62,421 bases of DNA from Dehalococcoidales bacterium. GTDB lineage: Bacteria > Chloroflexota > Dehalococcoidia > Dehalococcoidales > BS750m-G39. A model generated the notes under the pieces. The model was not told where the DNA came from, did no database searches, and was given only the letters and a program-made list of their open reading frames with translations. Position numbers and translations under genes: made by a program. Below are positions 46,117 through 54,907 of the stretch, piece after piece (positions within the stretch are counted from its first letter, which is position 1; every line of letters begins with the position of its first letter). The stretch lies in the NCBI GenBank assembly GCA_016783245.1, contig JADHWY010000002.1, positions 1 through 62,421 on the forward strand, written 5' to 3'.

Positions 46117-47433
46117 ATGGAGTTTTGGTTGAAACTGCTGGATTGGGATGGGAGTGTACGGCGTAGGGTATCATTGCTACTGTTAGCTATCAGCATGGTA
46201 GCAATGATTGGTGTACTCGGCTGCGTTATGGCTGCACCAGCTGGGCGAGAGAAGTTCACCGAGTTCTACATGTTGGGCTTGAGTGGCGAGGCTGCGGATT
46301 ATCCTAAGGAACTCATGGTAGGAGAGCAGGCGAGGGTAATTTTGGGTATCATCAATCGTGAGCATGAGGAGATAACTTATAGACTAGAGGAAGCAATAGA
46401 CGGCGTTAAGAATGGTGAGATGGAATCGGTGACTCTGGAGCATAATGAGAAATGGGAAGGACCAGCCAGTTTTGTTCCTAATAGAGAAGGAGCGTACCAA
46501 AAGGTAGAGTTCTTATTGTATAAGGGTACGGATAGTGAGCCTTATCTAAAGCTTCACCTGTGGGTAGATGTGACCATGGTAAAACATCTTTCTTACAACA
46601 AATACTTTAACGGTGTGTTTAGCGAAGATTTTACTCTTCAATCCAGTGATGGTATGTTTCAACTGAATATTGGCCAAGACACAACAGGCGTCACCAAAGA
46701 TGGGGGGGCACTCAGCGAGTTAAACATGATTAATAGGCAATGGGAACACCTGCGAAACCCACCAAAAGATTACAGTGTTGTCGGCCTTTTCTACGATCTT
46801 GATCCTGTCGGGGCTATCTTTGACCCACCAATAAACCTCGTCTTTACCTACAAGGAGACTCTAATACCGTATAAGCCGCATATGGAGGCTCTGATGCAAT
46901 ATCGCGTGAATGAAGACGACCTGACAATTGCTATGTGGGATAAGAAAACCGATGAGTGGTCTGTGCTTGAAAATTGTATAGTTGACCCTGCGACCAATAC
47001 CATTACTGCATCAGTAAACCACTTGGCTGCCTTTACTATTTTAGCCTATAATCCTGCTCCCTTTACCATTAGCAACCTAACCGTAACCCCTGAAGAAGTT
47101 AATATCAGCGAAGAAGTAAATATCAGTGTCCTTATCACCAATACCAGTGAAGCTGAGGATGTATACCCAGTAACGTTAAAGATAAATGATAAAGTGGAAG
47201 CCACTGAGGATATTCTTCTGGCTGGCGGTGGCAGCGAGATAGTAACCTTTACCACTACTAAGGATGTTCCTGGAACCTATACCATAGATGTCTATGGTAT
47301 AAAGGGGACATTTGAAGTGGTGGGAGTGCTCCCTGCTGCGACTAGACCGTGGGTAATCATCGGTGTTATAGCTGCCGCAACCACCACTATATTTATGCTA
47401 CTGGCACTTAGATGGCACCGAAGGAGGGTCTAG
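46117..47433 (+). CDS. cell-surface protein: N-terminal TM plus DUF1616-like domain, central domain, CARDB-like domain, C-terminal TM anchor
   Basis: It has EKFTEFYMLGLSGEAADYPKEL...GIINREHEEITYRL (DUF1616-like). It also has a beta-rich ...PVTLKINDKVEATEDILLAGGGSEIVTFTTT... region (CARDB-like). The C-terminus is WVIIGVIAAATTTIFMLLALRWHRRRV. Confidence 0.7.
   Translation: MEFWLKLLDWDGSVRRRVSLLLLAISMVAMIGVLGCVMAAPAGREKFTEFYMLGLSGEAADYPKELMVGEQARVILGIINREHEEITYRLEEAIDGVKNGEMESVTLEHNEKWEGPASFVPNREGAYQKVEFLLYKGTDSEPYLKLHLWVDVTMVKHLSYNKYFNGVFSEDFTLQSSDGMFQLNIGQDTTGVTKDGGALSELNMINRQWEHLRNPPKDYSVVGLFYDLDPVGAIFDPPINLVFTYKETLIPYKPHMEALMQYRVNEDDLTIAMWDKKTDEWSVLENCIVDPATNTITASVNHLAAFTILAYNPAPFTISNLTVTPEEVNISEEVNISVLITNTSEAEDVYPVTLKINDKVEATEDILLAGGGSEIVTFTTTKDVPGTYTIDVYGIKGTFEVVGVLPAATRPWVIIGVIAAATTTIFMLLALRWHRRRV
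47092..47127 (+). repeat. in-frame 18-bp tandem duplication (EEVNIS x2) inside the surface-protein gene
   Basis: The two copies are gaagaagttaatatcagc and gaagaagtaaatatcagt, with 2 mismatches. Confidence 0.9.
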
Positions 47434-47492
47434 TAGCATCAGATAGAGCATGCTGAGGAGCAGTCTTTGGGTCGCGTTAGTCGCCTCGTTTC

Positions 47493-48560
47493 TCACAATT
47501 CAGCTTTAGCGTCGTCGCCTAGAAAGAGCCCTACCGCCTTGTATTTGTCGCCAGACATTGTAATTTGAGCACCCCTACCTATGACGCTATCCTCAAGCTG
47601 GCCAATGTCGTGGATACGACAGTTCTCTAAGACCACCGAGCGCTCTACAGAGGAAGCTTCCACAATTGTCTCTTTGCCGATACTGGTGTAAGGACCTATA
47701 ACAGAGTTTTTAATCTGGCAACCTTCAGCAATAGATAGCGGACCGCGAAGAGTGCTATTTTCTACCTCTGCCCCTTGTCTAACCTCAACCATACCTATTA
47801 CCTGGCTTTGTGAATCAACCTTGCCTTTTATATCTCTTTTTAGAAGAGCGTCAAGGAGGACCTGGTTGGCTTCCAGAAGGTCATCCTTATTTCCGGTGTC
47901 AATCCACCAATCTTCAAGAATGTGACCTTGAACCCTTTGCCCGCTAGTGATGAGACCCTGTATGGCATCTGTAATCTCCAGTTCACCCCGCCATGATGGC
48001 TTGAGTTGGGCTATTGACTGATGCACTGCGCTGGAGAAGAGATATATACCAATGACGGCGAGATTACTCCGTGGCTGTTTCGGTTTTTCTTCGAGGTGGG
48101 TTATCTGCCCCAGGTTATCGAGCTCTGCTACCCCAAAACAGCGGGGGTCACCAACCTCCTTAAGCAGTATCAGGGCATCGGGGCGATGTCTATTAAATTC
48201 CTCCACAAACTGAGTGATGCTGCCTTTAATGAGATTGTCCCCGAGGAACATAAGGAATAGGGAATCACCGAGAAATTCTTGTGCTGTCTTTACCGCATGT
48301 GCCAGCCCTAAGGGCTCAGGCTGCAAAATATAGGTGATTTGAACCCCCCAATTTGAGCCCCCTCCGACAGCTTCTTTTATCGACTCACCCGTCTCCGGTG
48401 AAATAACTATGCCAATATCGGCAATCCCTGTTTCTGCAATCTGGTCTAGCGCATAGAACAGTATTGGCTTATTGGCAATGGGAATGAGGTGCTTAGCCAT
48501 GGTACTGCTAAGAGGCCTAAGCCGAGTTCCCTTCCCTCCAGCTAGCACTAAAGCCTTCAT
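47493..48560 (-). CDS. glucose-1-phosphate thymidylyl/nucleotidyl-transferase, long form with C-terminal LbH domain
   Basis: It has MKALVLAGGKGTRLRPLSSTMAKHLIPIANKPIL and C-terminal hexapeptide repeats. Confidence 0.85.
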   Translation of the reverse strand: MKALVLAGGKGTRLRPLSSTMAKHLIPIANKPILFYALDQIAETGIADIGIVISPETGESIKEAVGGGSNWGVQITYILQPEPLGLAHAVKTAQEFLGDSLFLMFLGDNLIKGSITQFVEEFNRHRPDALILLKEVGDPRCFGVAELDNLGQITHLEEKPKQPRSNLAVIGIYLFSSAVHQSIAQLKPSWRGELEITDAIQGLITSGQRVQGHILEDWWIDTGNKDDLLEANQVLLDALLKRDIKGKVDSQSQVIGMVEVRQGAEVENSTLRGPLSIAEGCQIKNSVIGPYTSIGKETIVEASSVERSVVLENCRIHDIGQLEDSVIGRGAQITMSGDKYKAVGLFLGDDAKAEL

Positions 48561-48612
48561 ATCGATCTCCTCAAGCTACAGACCTTTATAGTATAAACCT
48601 TGTTCACTTATA

Positions 48613-49683
48613 TTATACAAGCTTTTCCTTGAGAAAATCTATAGCTTTTACCGGAGAGGGGTCAACCTCGTTTAACATTGCCAGATAGTAGCTGGTATAG
48701 TCGCCAAACAGCACCAGGCTCATTACCTGACTCAAGGGGCTGGTGCCAATGCTATCCACAATTTGATAGTCAACCTTAGCCCGTTCTAGGAGCTGACAGG
48801 TTACCTGATAGCGAAGCTGGATTCGCTGGGAAAGCAACGCCGACCGAAGCAAAACGACTGCTATTTTAGGGGCTAACTCCGCGGGGAACTGGTAACCGAC
48901 CACGCTGTTGTGATTGAGCTCGGGGAAGACCTCATAGAAAGCCCAGGCCTTGCTGTTCTCGTTGAGCTGGCTTTTCCAGCGGTGGGCTACCTCAGATACT
49001 ATACCAGCACCATATATTACCGGCAGGCGACCATAAAGCTTACTTGCCAGTTGCTTGGCCGGATTTTGTGGCAGAGGCACGCTTTCACCTATTTTTTCGG
49101 ACAGTGCTTGTAAAACTTGCACTGTTTCGGCTACGTCCGACGATTTATCACCAATGAAGCCCAGCTTTTGTAGAAAGCAGAGGAGGGGGATGAACATAAA
49201 AGGTAAGGCAGCGCGGGGCTGAGCCTTATAGTGGAAGGTGAAAACGGGGACGTTTCTTTTCTCAGCCATGGTTTTCAGTTTGCCGCCAGTGGTAATTGCC
49301 AGCTTCTTTGCCCCTGTCTCTAGCGCTTGCTCAAATGAAGACAGGGTTTCCTCGGTCGTCCCCGAATAACTGGAGGCAATGACCAGAGTTTCGGCATCAA
49401 CGAAGGCGGGCAGATGGTAGTGGCGGCAGATAAGGATGGGCAGCTTAGCCTCAGATAGTGCCAGGCTGCTCACTAACTCGCCACCGATAGCTGAACCGCC
49501 CATGCCCAAGATAACCACTTTATTAACCCTGGCGTAATCACGAGGCAAGTCGAAATCCGTCGCCATTTGCCAGGCTTGCTGGCAGAGCCGCGGCATCTCG
49601 TGTAGGCAGATAAGCATACCTTCTCTGTCATATCGCTTAAATAGCTGGCGGTCATCTAGGCTGAGATAGCCCATTAAGGTCAC
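48613..49683 (-). CDS. bifunctional phosphoglucose/phosphomannose isomerase (SIS, archaeal/bacterial PGI-PMI type)
   Basis: It has VVILGMGGSAIGGEL and a double-SIS layout. Length is 356 aa. Confidence 0.75.
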   Translation of the reverse strand: MTLMGYLSLDDRQLFKRYDREGMLICLHEMPRLCQQAWQMATDFDLPRDYARVNKVVILGMGGSAIGGELVSSLALSEAKLPILICRHYHLPAFVDAETLVIASSYSGTTEETLSSFEQALETGAKKLAITTGGKLKTMAEKRNVPVFTFHYKAQPRAALPFMFIPLLCFLQKLGFIGDKSSDVAETVQVLQALSEKIGESVPLPQNPAKQLASKLYGRLPVIYGAGIVSEVAHRWKSQLNENSKAWAFYEVFPELNHNSVVGYQFPAELAPKIAVVLLRSALLSQRIQLRYQVTCQLLERAKVDYQIVDSIGTSPLSQVMSLVLFGDYTSYYLAMLNEVDPSPVKAIDFLKEKLV

Positions 49684-49921
49684 CTCCTCAATTCCCTCTC
49701 CTTAAGCTACACAAGCAGCTTTTGAAGCTATTTTACCACAGGAACTTGTCTATGTCCTCAGTAGCAAGGTAGCTAGTATTCAAGGGCTGGTAAATACTGT
49801 AGTGGCTACGGATATGGCATTATCCGCCAGATTGTCGAATTCGTACACCGGTTTCTGGTTACACAATTGCTTGGATCGTTACCTCAGTTAACAATCTAGC
49901 GGTTTGTGCGCACGTGGTTAA

Positions 49922-50887
49922 TCACAGTCCCATTCTATCCACCGGGCTAGCCTTCTTGTGAACCCGTATCATATCCTCAGCACCCAAGCTTGAAGTATAG
50001 CGCCTAGTCATCTCCAAAGTAGAGTGGCCGAGCATACACTGGAGGGTGAACAGGTCCCCTCCGTTTCGCAGATAGTTAATAGCTGCCGTGTGTCTGAATG
50101 TATGCGGCCCGAGCTTAGTGTCCTTTATCCCTGCTCTCTCGCATAACCGCCTGACTATCGTTTGGATGCCTTCTTTGGTTATGGGTGTTCTCTCTTCGGT
50201 GACCCATAAGCAGGGATGGCTGTCGTTTCTCCTCAGTAGGTATCTCAGTACGGCTTTCTGGGTCGTTTTTCCAAACCTGACTATCCTCTCCTTCGCGCCT
50301 TTCCCCATTACCTTGATTGTTTCCCTGTCAAAGTCTACATCCTTTAACTGTATATCGGACAGTTCCTTGAGCCTTATGCCGGTATCCAGGAACAATAGGA
50401 CTATCGCCTTGTTCCGAATATCCAGAAATCTGTCGCCGGAGCATAGGAGCAGTAGATTCTCTATATCTTGCTGGGAGAAGGGCTTTATTATCTTCCTCGG
50501 GGTTTTGGGGGCTTTCATCCTCTCCATGGGACTTTCCTTCATGAGTCCCTGAGATTTAAGCCAGCTGAAGAACGCATGTAGTGTGCGGTAGTAACTGCTG
50601 CTGCTAAAGGGGCTTAACCCCTTTTCTTGAAGGGACAGTAGATATGAGCGGATGTAATCGGGGGTTATATCAGGTGCATTGAGGGGCAAATCGTGGGCTT
50701 TGGCGAACGCGATGTAGTTTACTGCTACCTGGCGGTAGCTCTCCAGCGTCTTTGGGGATTTCCCCTCTACCTTGCAAGATAAAAGGTATCCCCTGAGTAG
50801 ATTTGCTAGGTTATCAGAAGTAGTTAGGGTGTCAAGAGCAGGCGTGGGTTGTGCCTGAAGACTTTCGTATGTTAGGTTGTCTAGCAC
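49922..50887 (-). CDS. tyrosine site-specific recombinase / integrase (Xer-like)
   Basis: It has an N-terminal SAM-like core-binding domain. The catalytic pattern is ...DTGIRLKEL...HTFRHT...LGHSTLEMTRRY. Confidence 0.85.
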   Translation of the reverse strand: MLDNLTYESLQAQPTPALDTLTTSDNLANLLRGYLLSCKVEGKSPKTLESYRQVAVNYIAFAKAHDLPLNAPDITPDYIRSYLLSLQEKGLSPFSSSSYYRTLHAFFSWLKSQGLMKESPMERMKAPKTPRKIIKPFSQQDIENLLLLCSGDRFLDIRNKAIVLLFLDTGIRLKELSDIQLKDVDFDRETIKVMGKGAKERIVRFGKTTQKAVLRYLLRRNDSHPCLWVTEERTPITKEGIQTIVRRLCERAGIKDTKLGPHTFRHTAAINYLRNGGDLFTLQCMLGHSTLEMTRRYTSSLGAEDMIRVHKKASPVDRMGL

Positions 50888-50926
50888 TATTCATTTCAGC
50901 CACCCAACGGCTATTTAGCTTCAAAG

Positions 50927-50999
50927 TAGGCCGTACAGGTCTCGAACCTGTGACACCCTGATTAAAAGTCAGGTGCTCTACCAACTGAGCTAACGGCCC
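50927..50999 (-). tRNA. tRNA-Lys (anticodon UUU)
   Basis: The minus strand folds by hand into a cloverleaf: GGGCCGT TA GCTC AGTTGGTA GAGC A CCTGA CTTTTAA TCAGG GTGTC ACAGG TTCGAGA CCTGT ACGGCCT A. There is a G1-U72 wobble and no encoded CCA. Confidence 0.9.
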
Positions 51000-51108
51000 C
51001 CTATACCTAAGCTAGTTTAGCAAATGTTGACTCCTCTGTGCAACTTGTGTGGTGGAACAGGCGTGTTGGGTTCTGGTAGATTGGCTCATCTGGGGAAATA
51101 TCTCACAG

Positions 51109-51138
51109 TTGCAAGCTGATATGCTTTATTGCTAGAAT
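51109..51138 (+). promoter_or_regulatory. candidate promoter of leuS
   Basis: It reads TTGCAA (51109..51114), an 18-nt spacer, then TAGAAT (51133..51138). Confidence 0.3.
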
Positions 51139-51209
51139 TAGCTTGATTAAGGCGGCTCTTCGCTGTCGTCATTTTATGGCGGAGGGCTTTTGTTTAGCGG
51201 AGAGGTAGT

Positions 51210-53657
51210 ATGGTAGCCGAGTATAACCCACAGGAAATAGAGAAAAAGTGGCAGCAGAAGTGGGCTGAGGATAATCTGTATCAGGTTGATAAGGATGATA
51301 CCAGGCCCAAGTGGTATGCCCTGACCATGTTCCCTTATACCTCTGGTGACTTTCATATCGGTCATTGGTATGCCATGGCTCCCTCTGATGTTCATGCCCG
51401 GTTCAAGCGGATGCAGGGCTATAATGTGCTTCACCCTATGGGTTTTGATGCCTTTGGGCTTCCTGCTGAGAATGCCGCTATCAAGCATGGTATTCATCCC
51501 TTCGTTTGGACAATGCGGAATGTAGAGAATATGCGCCGTCAATTAAAGAGCATCGGCGCTATATATGACTGGTCTCGCGAGGTAATCACCTGCCTGCCCG
51601 AGTATTACCGGTGGACGCAGTGGTTCTTTTTGAAGCTATATGAGAACGGACTGGCCTATCGGGGCAAGGCTCCGGTTAACTGGTGTCCTCGGTGTCAGAC
51701 AGTGCTGGCTAATGAACAGGTTGTGAATGGATGCTCCTGTGAGCGCTGTAGCTGTAATGTAATCCTTCGTGACCTGGAGCAGTGGTTCTTCCGTATCACC
51801 AAATACGCCGATGAGCTTATGGAGCACGATGGCATTGACTGGCCAGAGCGGATAAAGACTATGCAGAGGAACTGGGTGGGCAAGAGTGTGGGCACCGAGA
51901 TTTCTTTCGCTCTTGACCACACCGGTGTAGAAGATAAGGAAATCAGGGTATTTACCACCCGCCCTGATACCGCTTTTGGGGTTACATTTATGGTTCTGGC
52001 TCCGGAGCATCCCCTGGTGGCTGAGCTAACCACGCCGGAGAGAAGGGATGAGGTTGAAGATTATATTGCCCGCTCACGGCAGCAGACCGAGATAGAGCGG
52101 CTGTCAACTGAGAAAGAAAAAGACGGCGTATTTACCGGGACTTATGTGGTCAATCGGCTTAACGGTGAGAAGATACCCGTCTGGATTGCTGACTATGTAC
52201 TGGTGAGCTATGGCACGGGGGCGGTTATGGCAGTGCCGGCTCATGATGAGCGAGACTTTGTCTTTGCCAAGAAGTATGACCTGCCCATAAGGATGGTGAT
52301 AGCCCCCGAAGGATGGGGGGGCGAGGAGCTGGAGGAGGCATACATTGAGCCGGGTACAATGGTGAACTCAGGGCAGTTTGATGGACTTCCCAGCGAGCAT
52401 GGCGGGGAAGCTATTTCCGACTTTCTCGAGGAGAAGGACTGGGGAAAACGAGCTATAACCTATAAACTTCGTGATTGGCTTATCTCCCGTCAGCGTTACT
52501 GGGGGACACCGATACCTATGATTTATTGCCCCAGGTGCGGCATTGTCCCTGTCCCTGAGCAGGACCTGCCGGTGTTACTTCCTGAGAATGCCGAGTTTAA
52601 GCCCGCCGGTGAATCCCCGCTGAAGTATTGTGATGAGTTTGTGAACACCACCTGTCCCCGGTGCTCATCCCCGGCTAAGCGGGAAACTGATACCATGGAT
52701 ACCTTTATGTGCTCCTCGTGGTATTTCTTGCGTTATGCCAGCCCTCACTATGATGCTGCTCCTTTTAGTGATGACGATATGAAGTATTGGCTGCCGGTGG
52801 ACATGTATACCGGGGGCGCCGAGCACGCTGTCATGCACTTGTTCTATGCCCGCTTCTTTATCAAAGCGCTGCGCGATATGGGGCTGATTGACTTCGGCGA
52901 GCCCTTTACCCGCCTGTTCAATCAGGGGGTTATTATTGTTGAACGTCAGAAGATGAGCAAGTCGCGGGGCAACGTGGTCAACCCCGACGCCTATGTTTCC
53001 GAGCTGGGGGCTGATGCCGTGCGTGCCTACCTTATGTTCATCGCCCCCTGGGAGAGGGGTGGGGAGTGGGATGACAGCGGTATCAGCGGCATAAGCCGCT
53101 GGCTTAATCGGGTGTGGAGTCTGGTGCTGGAGCCGTACGAGATGAAAGGCGAGGTTGTGCCTAAGGCTGGGAAGGATTTGCTGCGCCTCACCCACCAGAC
53201 GATAAAGAAGGCGACCAGTGACCTGGAAAAGCTGCGATTTAACACCATGATAGCGGCGCTTATGGAGTATACTAACTACCTGACTAAGGTTAAGGGGAGT
53301 GGGGCGGTTGACCAATCAACCTGGAAAGAGTCTATAGATACTCTGCTCCTGCTTCTGGCACCGACTGTCCCTCATCTGGCCGAGGAGATTTGGCAGAGGG
53401 TGGGGTATGAGTATAGTATTCATAATCAGAGCTGGCCATCTTGGGATGAGGAGCTGGCTGAGGATGAGGAGATTGTCCTGGTGGTTCAGGTCAATGGTAA
53501 GTTGCGCGACCGGCTCGCTGTTCCGGCGTCTATCACCGAGGATGAGGCCAAAGAGCTGGCGCTGGCAAGCCAGAAGGTAAAGCCTTATCTGGAGAATAAG
53601 CAGATAGTGAAAACGATATATATTCCGAAGAAGCTGGTAAATCTGGTAGTTCGCTGA
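51210..53657 (+). CDS. leuS: leucyl-tRNA synthetase (bacterial type)
   Basis: 815 aa with the HIGH motif SGDFHIGH and the KMSKS motif QKMSKSRGN. Confidence 0.95.
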   Translation: MVAEYNPQEIEKKWQQKWAEDNLYQVDKDDTRPKWYALTMFPYTSGDFHIGHWYAMAPSDVHARFKRMQGYNVLHPMGFDAFGLPAENAAIKHGIHPFVWTMRNVENMRRQLKSIGAIYDWSREVITCLPEYYRWTQWFFLKLYENGLAYRGKAPVNWCPRCQTVLANEQVVNGCSCERCSCNVILRDLEQWFFRITKYADELMEHDGIDWPERIKTMQRNWVGKSVGTEISFALDHTGVEDKEIRVFTTRPDTAFGVTFMVLAPEHPLVAELTTPERRDEVEDYIARSRQQTEIERLSTEKEKDGVFTGTYVVNRLNGEKIPVWIADYVLVSYGTGAVMAVPAHDERDFVFAKKYDLPIRMVIAPEGWGGEELEEAYIEPGTMVNSGQFDGLPSEHGGEAISDFLEEKDWGKRAITYKLRDWLISRQRYWGTPIPMIYCPRCGIVPVPEQDLPVLLPENAEFKPAGESPLKYCDEFVNTTCPRCSSPAKRETDTMDTFMCSSWYFLRYASPHYDAAPFSDDDMKYWLPVDMYTGGAEHAVMHLFYARFFIKALRDMGLIDFGEPFTRLFNQGVIIVERQKMSKSRGNVVNPDAYVSELGADAVRAYLMFIAPWERGGEWDDSGISGISRWLNRVWSLVLEPYEMKGEVVPKAGKDLLRLTHQTIKKATSDLEKLRFNTMIAALMEYTNYLTKVKGSGAVDQSTWKESIDTLLLLLAPTVPHLAEEIWQRVGYEYSIHNQSWPSWDEELAEDEEIVLVVQVNGKLRDRLAVPASITEDEAKELALASQKVKPYLENKQIVKTIYIPKKLVNLVVR

Positions 53658-53669
53658 AGGAGAGGCGAG

Positions 53670-54470
53670 ATGAAGGTTGCATTCGTTGGTGGTGGGGTTA
53701 TGGGGGAGGTGATACTGTCAGCCGTTCTGGATAAGGGACTGGCTTCGCCGCAGGATGTCTCGGTCAGCGATGTCAGTGAAGCTCGGAGGCACTATCTGGA
53801 ACAGAAATACGCCGTCGCTGCCCTCGGTGACAATCGTCAGGTGGTGGGGAGGGGCGATATCGTGGTTATGGCGATTAAGCCGCAGAATCTGGTTGAGGTG
53901 ATGGCTGAGCTCGATGGTCAGATTAAGTCGGCTCAGCTGGTGATATCCATCATTGCTGGTGCCAGAATCGCTACCCTGTCTAATGGACTAAACCACAGGC
54001 GCATAGTTCGTGTTATGCCCAACACGCCTGCCCGCATTGGTGAGGGCATGGCGGTGTGGACGGCTACTGACGAGGTAACCGAGCAGCAAAGGGGGCAGGT
54101 CGGTGCTATTCTCAGCGCCATGGGCAAAGAGCTTTATGTTGATGATGAGAAGTATATAGATATGGCTACGGCGGTGAGCGGTAGTGGTCCCGCCTATGTT
54201 TTCCTGTTTGTGGAAGCGCTGGTTGAGGCGGCAGAGAGCATCGGCTTGCCGCAGGACATGGCACGGAAGCTGGTATTGCAGACATTAATCGGCTCGGGTC
54301 ATTTCCTCCAGAAGTCAGACAAGCAACCTTCAGAGCTGCGAAGGATGGTTACCTCTCCCGGCGGCACCACCGCCGAGGCTCTGGCTCAGTTTGAGAAAGG
54401 GCAGTTCACCGAGCTGGTGAAGCGGGCGGTTGAGGCTGCCTATAAAAGAGCTAGAGAATTGGGCAGCTAA
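53670..54470 (+). CDS. proC: pyrroline-5-carboxylate reductase
   Basis: It has VAFVGGGVMG, VMPNTPARIGEG and SPGGTTAEAL. Confidence 0.9.
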   Translation: MKVAFVGGGVMGEVILSAVLDKGLASPQDVSVSDVSEARRHYLEQKYAVAALGDNRQVVGRGDIVVMAIKPQNLVEVMAELDGQIKSAQLVISIIAGARIATLSNGLNHRRIVRVMPNTPARIGEGMAVWTATDEVTEQQRGQVGAILSAMGKELYVDDEKYIDMATAVSGSGPAYVFLFVEALVEAAESIGLPQDMARKLVLQTLIGSGHFLQKSDKQPSELRRMVTSPGGTTAEALAQFEKGQFTELVKRAVEAAYKRARELGS

Positions 54471-54547
54471 GCAACACTGCCAAGTTTGCCTGCCTCTTAA
54501 AGCAAGAGATGCCTCCGTTTTCTGCCTGCTGAGTTTGCTGTATGTAC

Positions 54548-54576
54548 TTGACAATTAATCATACAAGTATTACAAT
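54548..54576 (+). promoter_or_regulatory. near-consensus sigma70-type promoter (TTGACA-17 nt-TACAAT)
   Basis: TTGACA lies at 54548..54553 and TACAAT at 54571..54576. It is upstream of the AbrB-like gene, which has a doubled TAAAGGAG ribosome-binding site. Confidence 0.45.
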
Positions 54577-54618
54577 TCATACAAATCAGACATTTTTTAC
54601 TAAAGGAGTAAAGGAGTC

Positions 54619-54903
54619 ATGGATAGCAAAGATATCGAGCGCGAATTTAAATGCTTCGGTTCAATGACGGTTGGTCTTAAAGGGCAGGTGGTTATACCGG
54701 CTAATGCGCGTAAGGAGCTGGATATAAACAACGGAGATACACTCCTGGCTTTCAAAGCTCCGCACCGGCAGGGATTAGTATTAATCAAGGCTGACGCTAT
54801 GAAGCAGGTGTTAACCATGATGGGTGAACGGCTAGCCCACTTTGAGAAGCTGGTAAAGGACCATAAGGTCGCTGGAAGCGGCCAGGAAAAAGAAGAGGGT
54901 TGA
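54619..54903 (+). CDS. AbrB/MazE/SpoVT-type DNA-binding domain protein
   Basis: It has MTVGLKGQVVIPANARKELDINNGDTLL, the swapped-hairpin barrel pattern. Confidence 0.75.
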   Translation: MDSKDIEREFKCFGSMTVGLKGQVVIPANARKELDINNGDTLLAFKAPHRQGLVLIKADAMKQVLTMMGERLAHFEKLVKDHKVAGSGQEKEEG

Positions 54904-54907
54904 TGGG

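Noticed and set aside
45938-46174. A 78-aa - strand ORF in the 418-nt divergent intergenic region.
   Set aside because: It has no ribosome-binding site, it overlaps the start of the surface-protein gene, and its composition is unremarkable. The region is more likely promoter/regulatory DNA.
49842-49863. A weak resemblance (cgtacaccggtttctgg) to the tRNA 3' segment cgtacaggtctcgaacc, next to the integrase 3' end.
   Set aside because: There are too many mismatches and indels to call an att site. It needs a computed alignment.
51051-51063. A GGTGGAACAGGCG stretch upstream of leuS that resembles the T-box core GGTGGTACCGCG.
   Set aside because: - The match is imperfect and lies about 150 nt from the ATG.
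- No terminator or sequestrator hairpin follows it.
- A full leader would have to start inside the tRNA-Lys gene.
- The better promoter candidate (51109..51138) lies downstream of it.
52665-53315. A 216-aa ORF on the - strand inside leuS, plus the similar antisense ORFs at 51636..52033.
   Set aside because: They are antisense to the unambiguous LeuS frame. Long open antisense frames are expected in GC-richer coding DNA.
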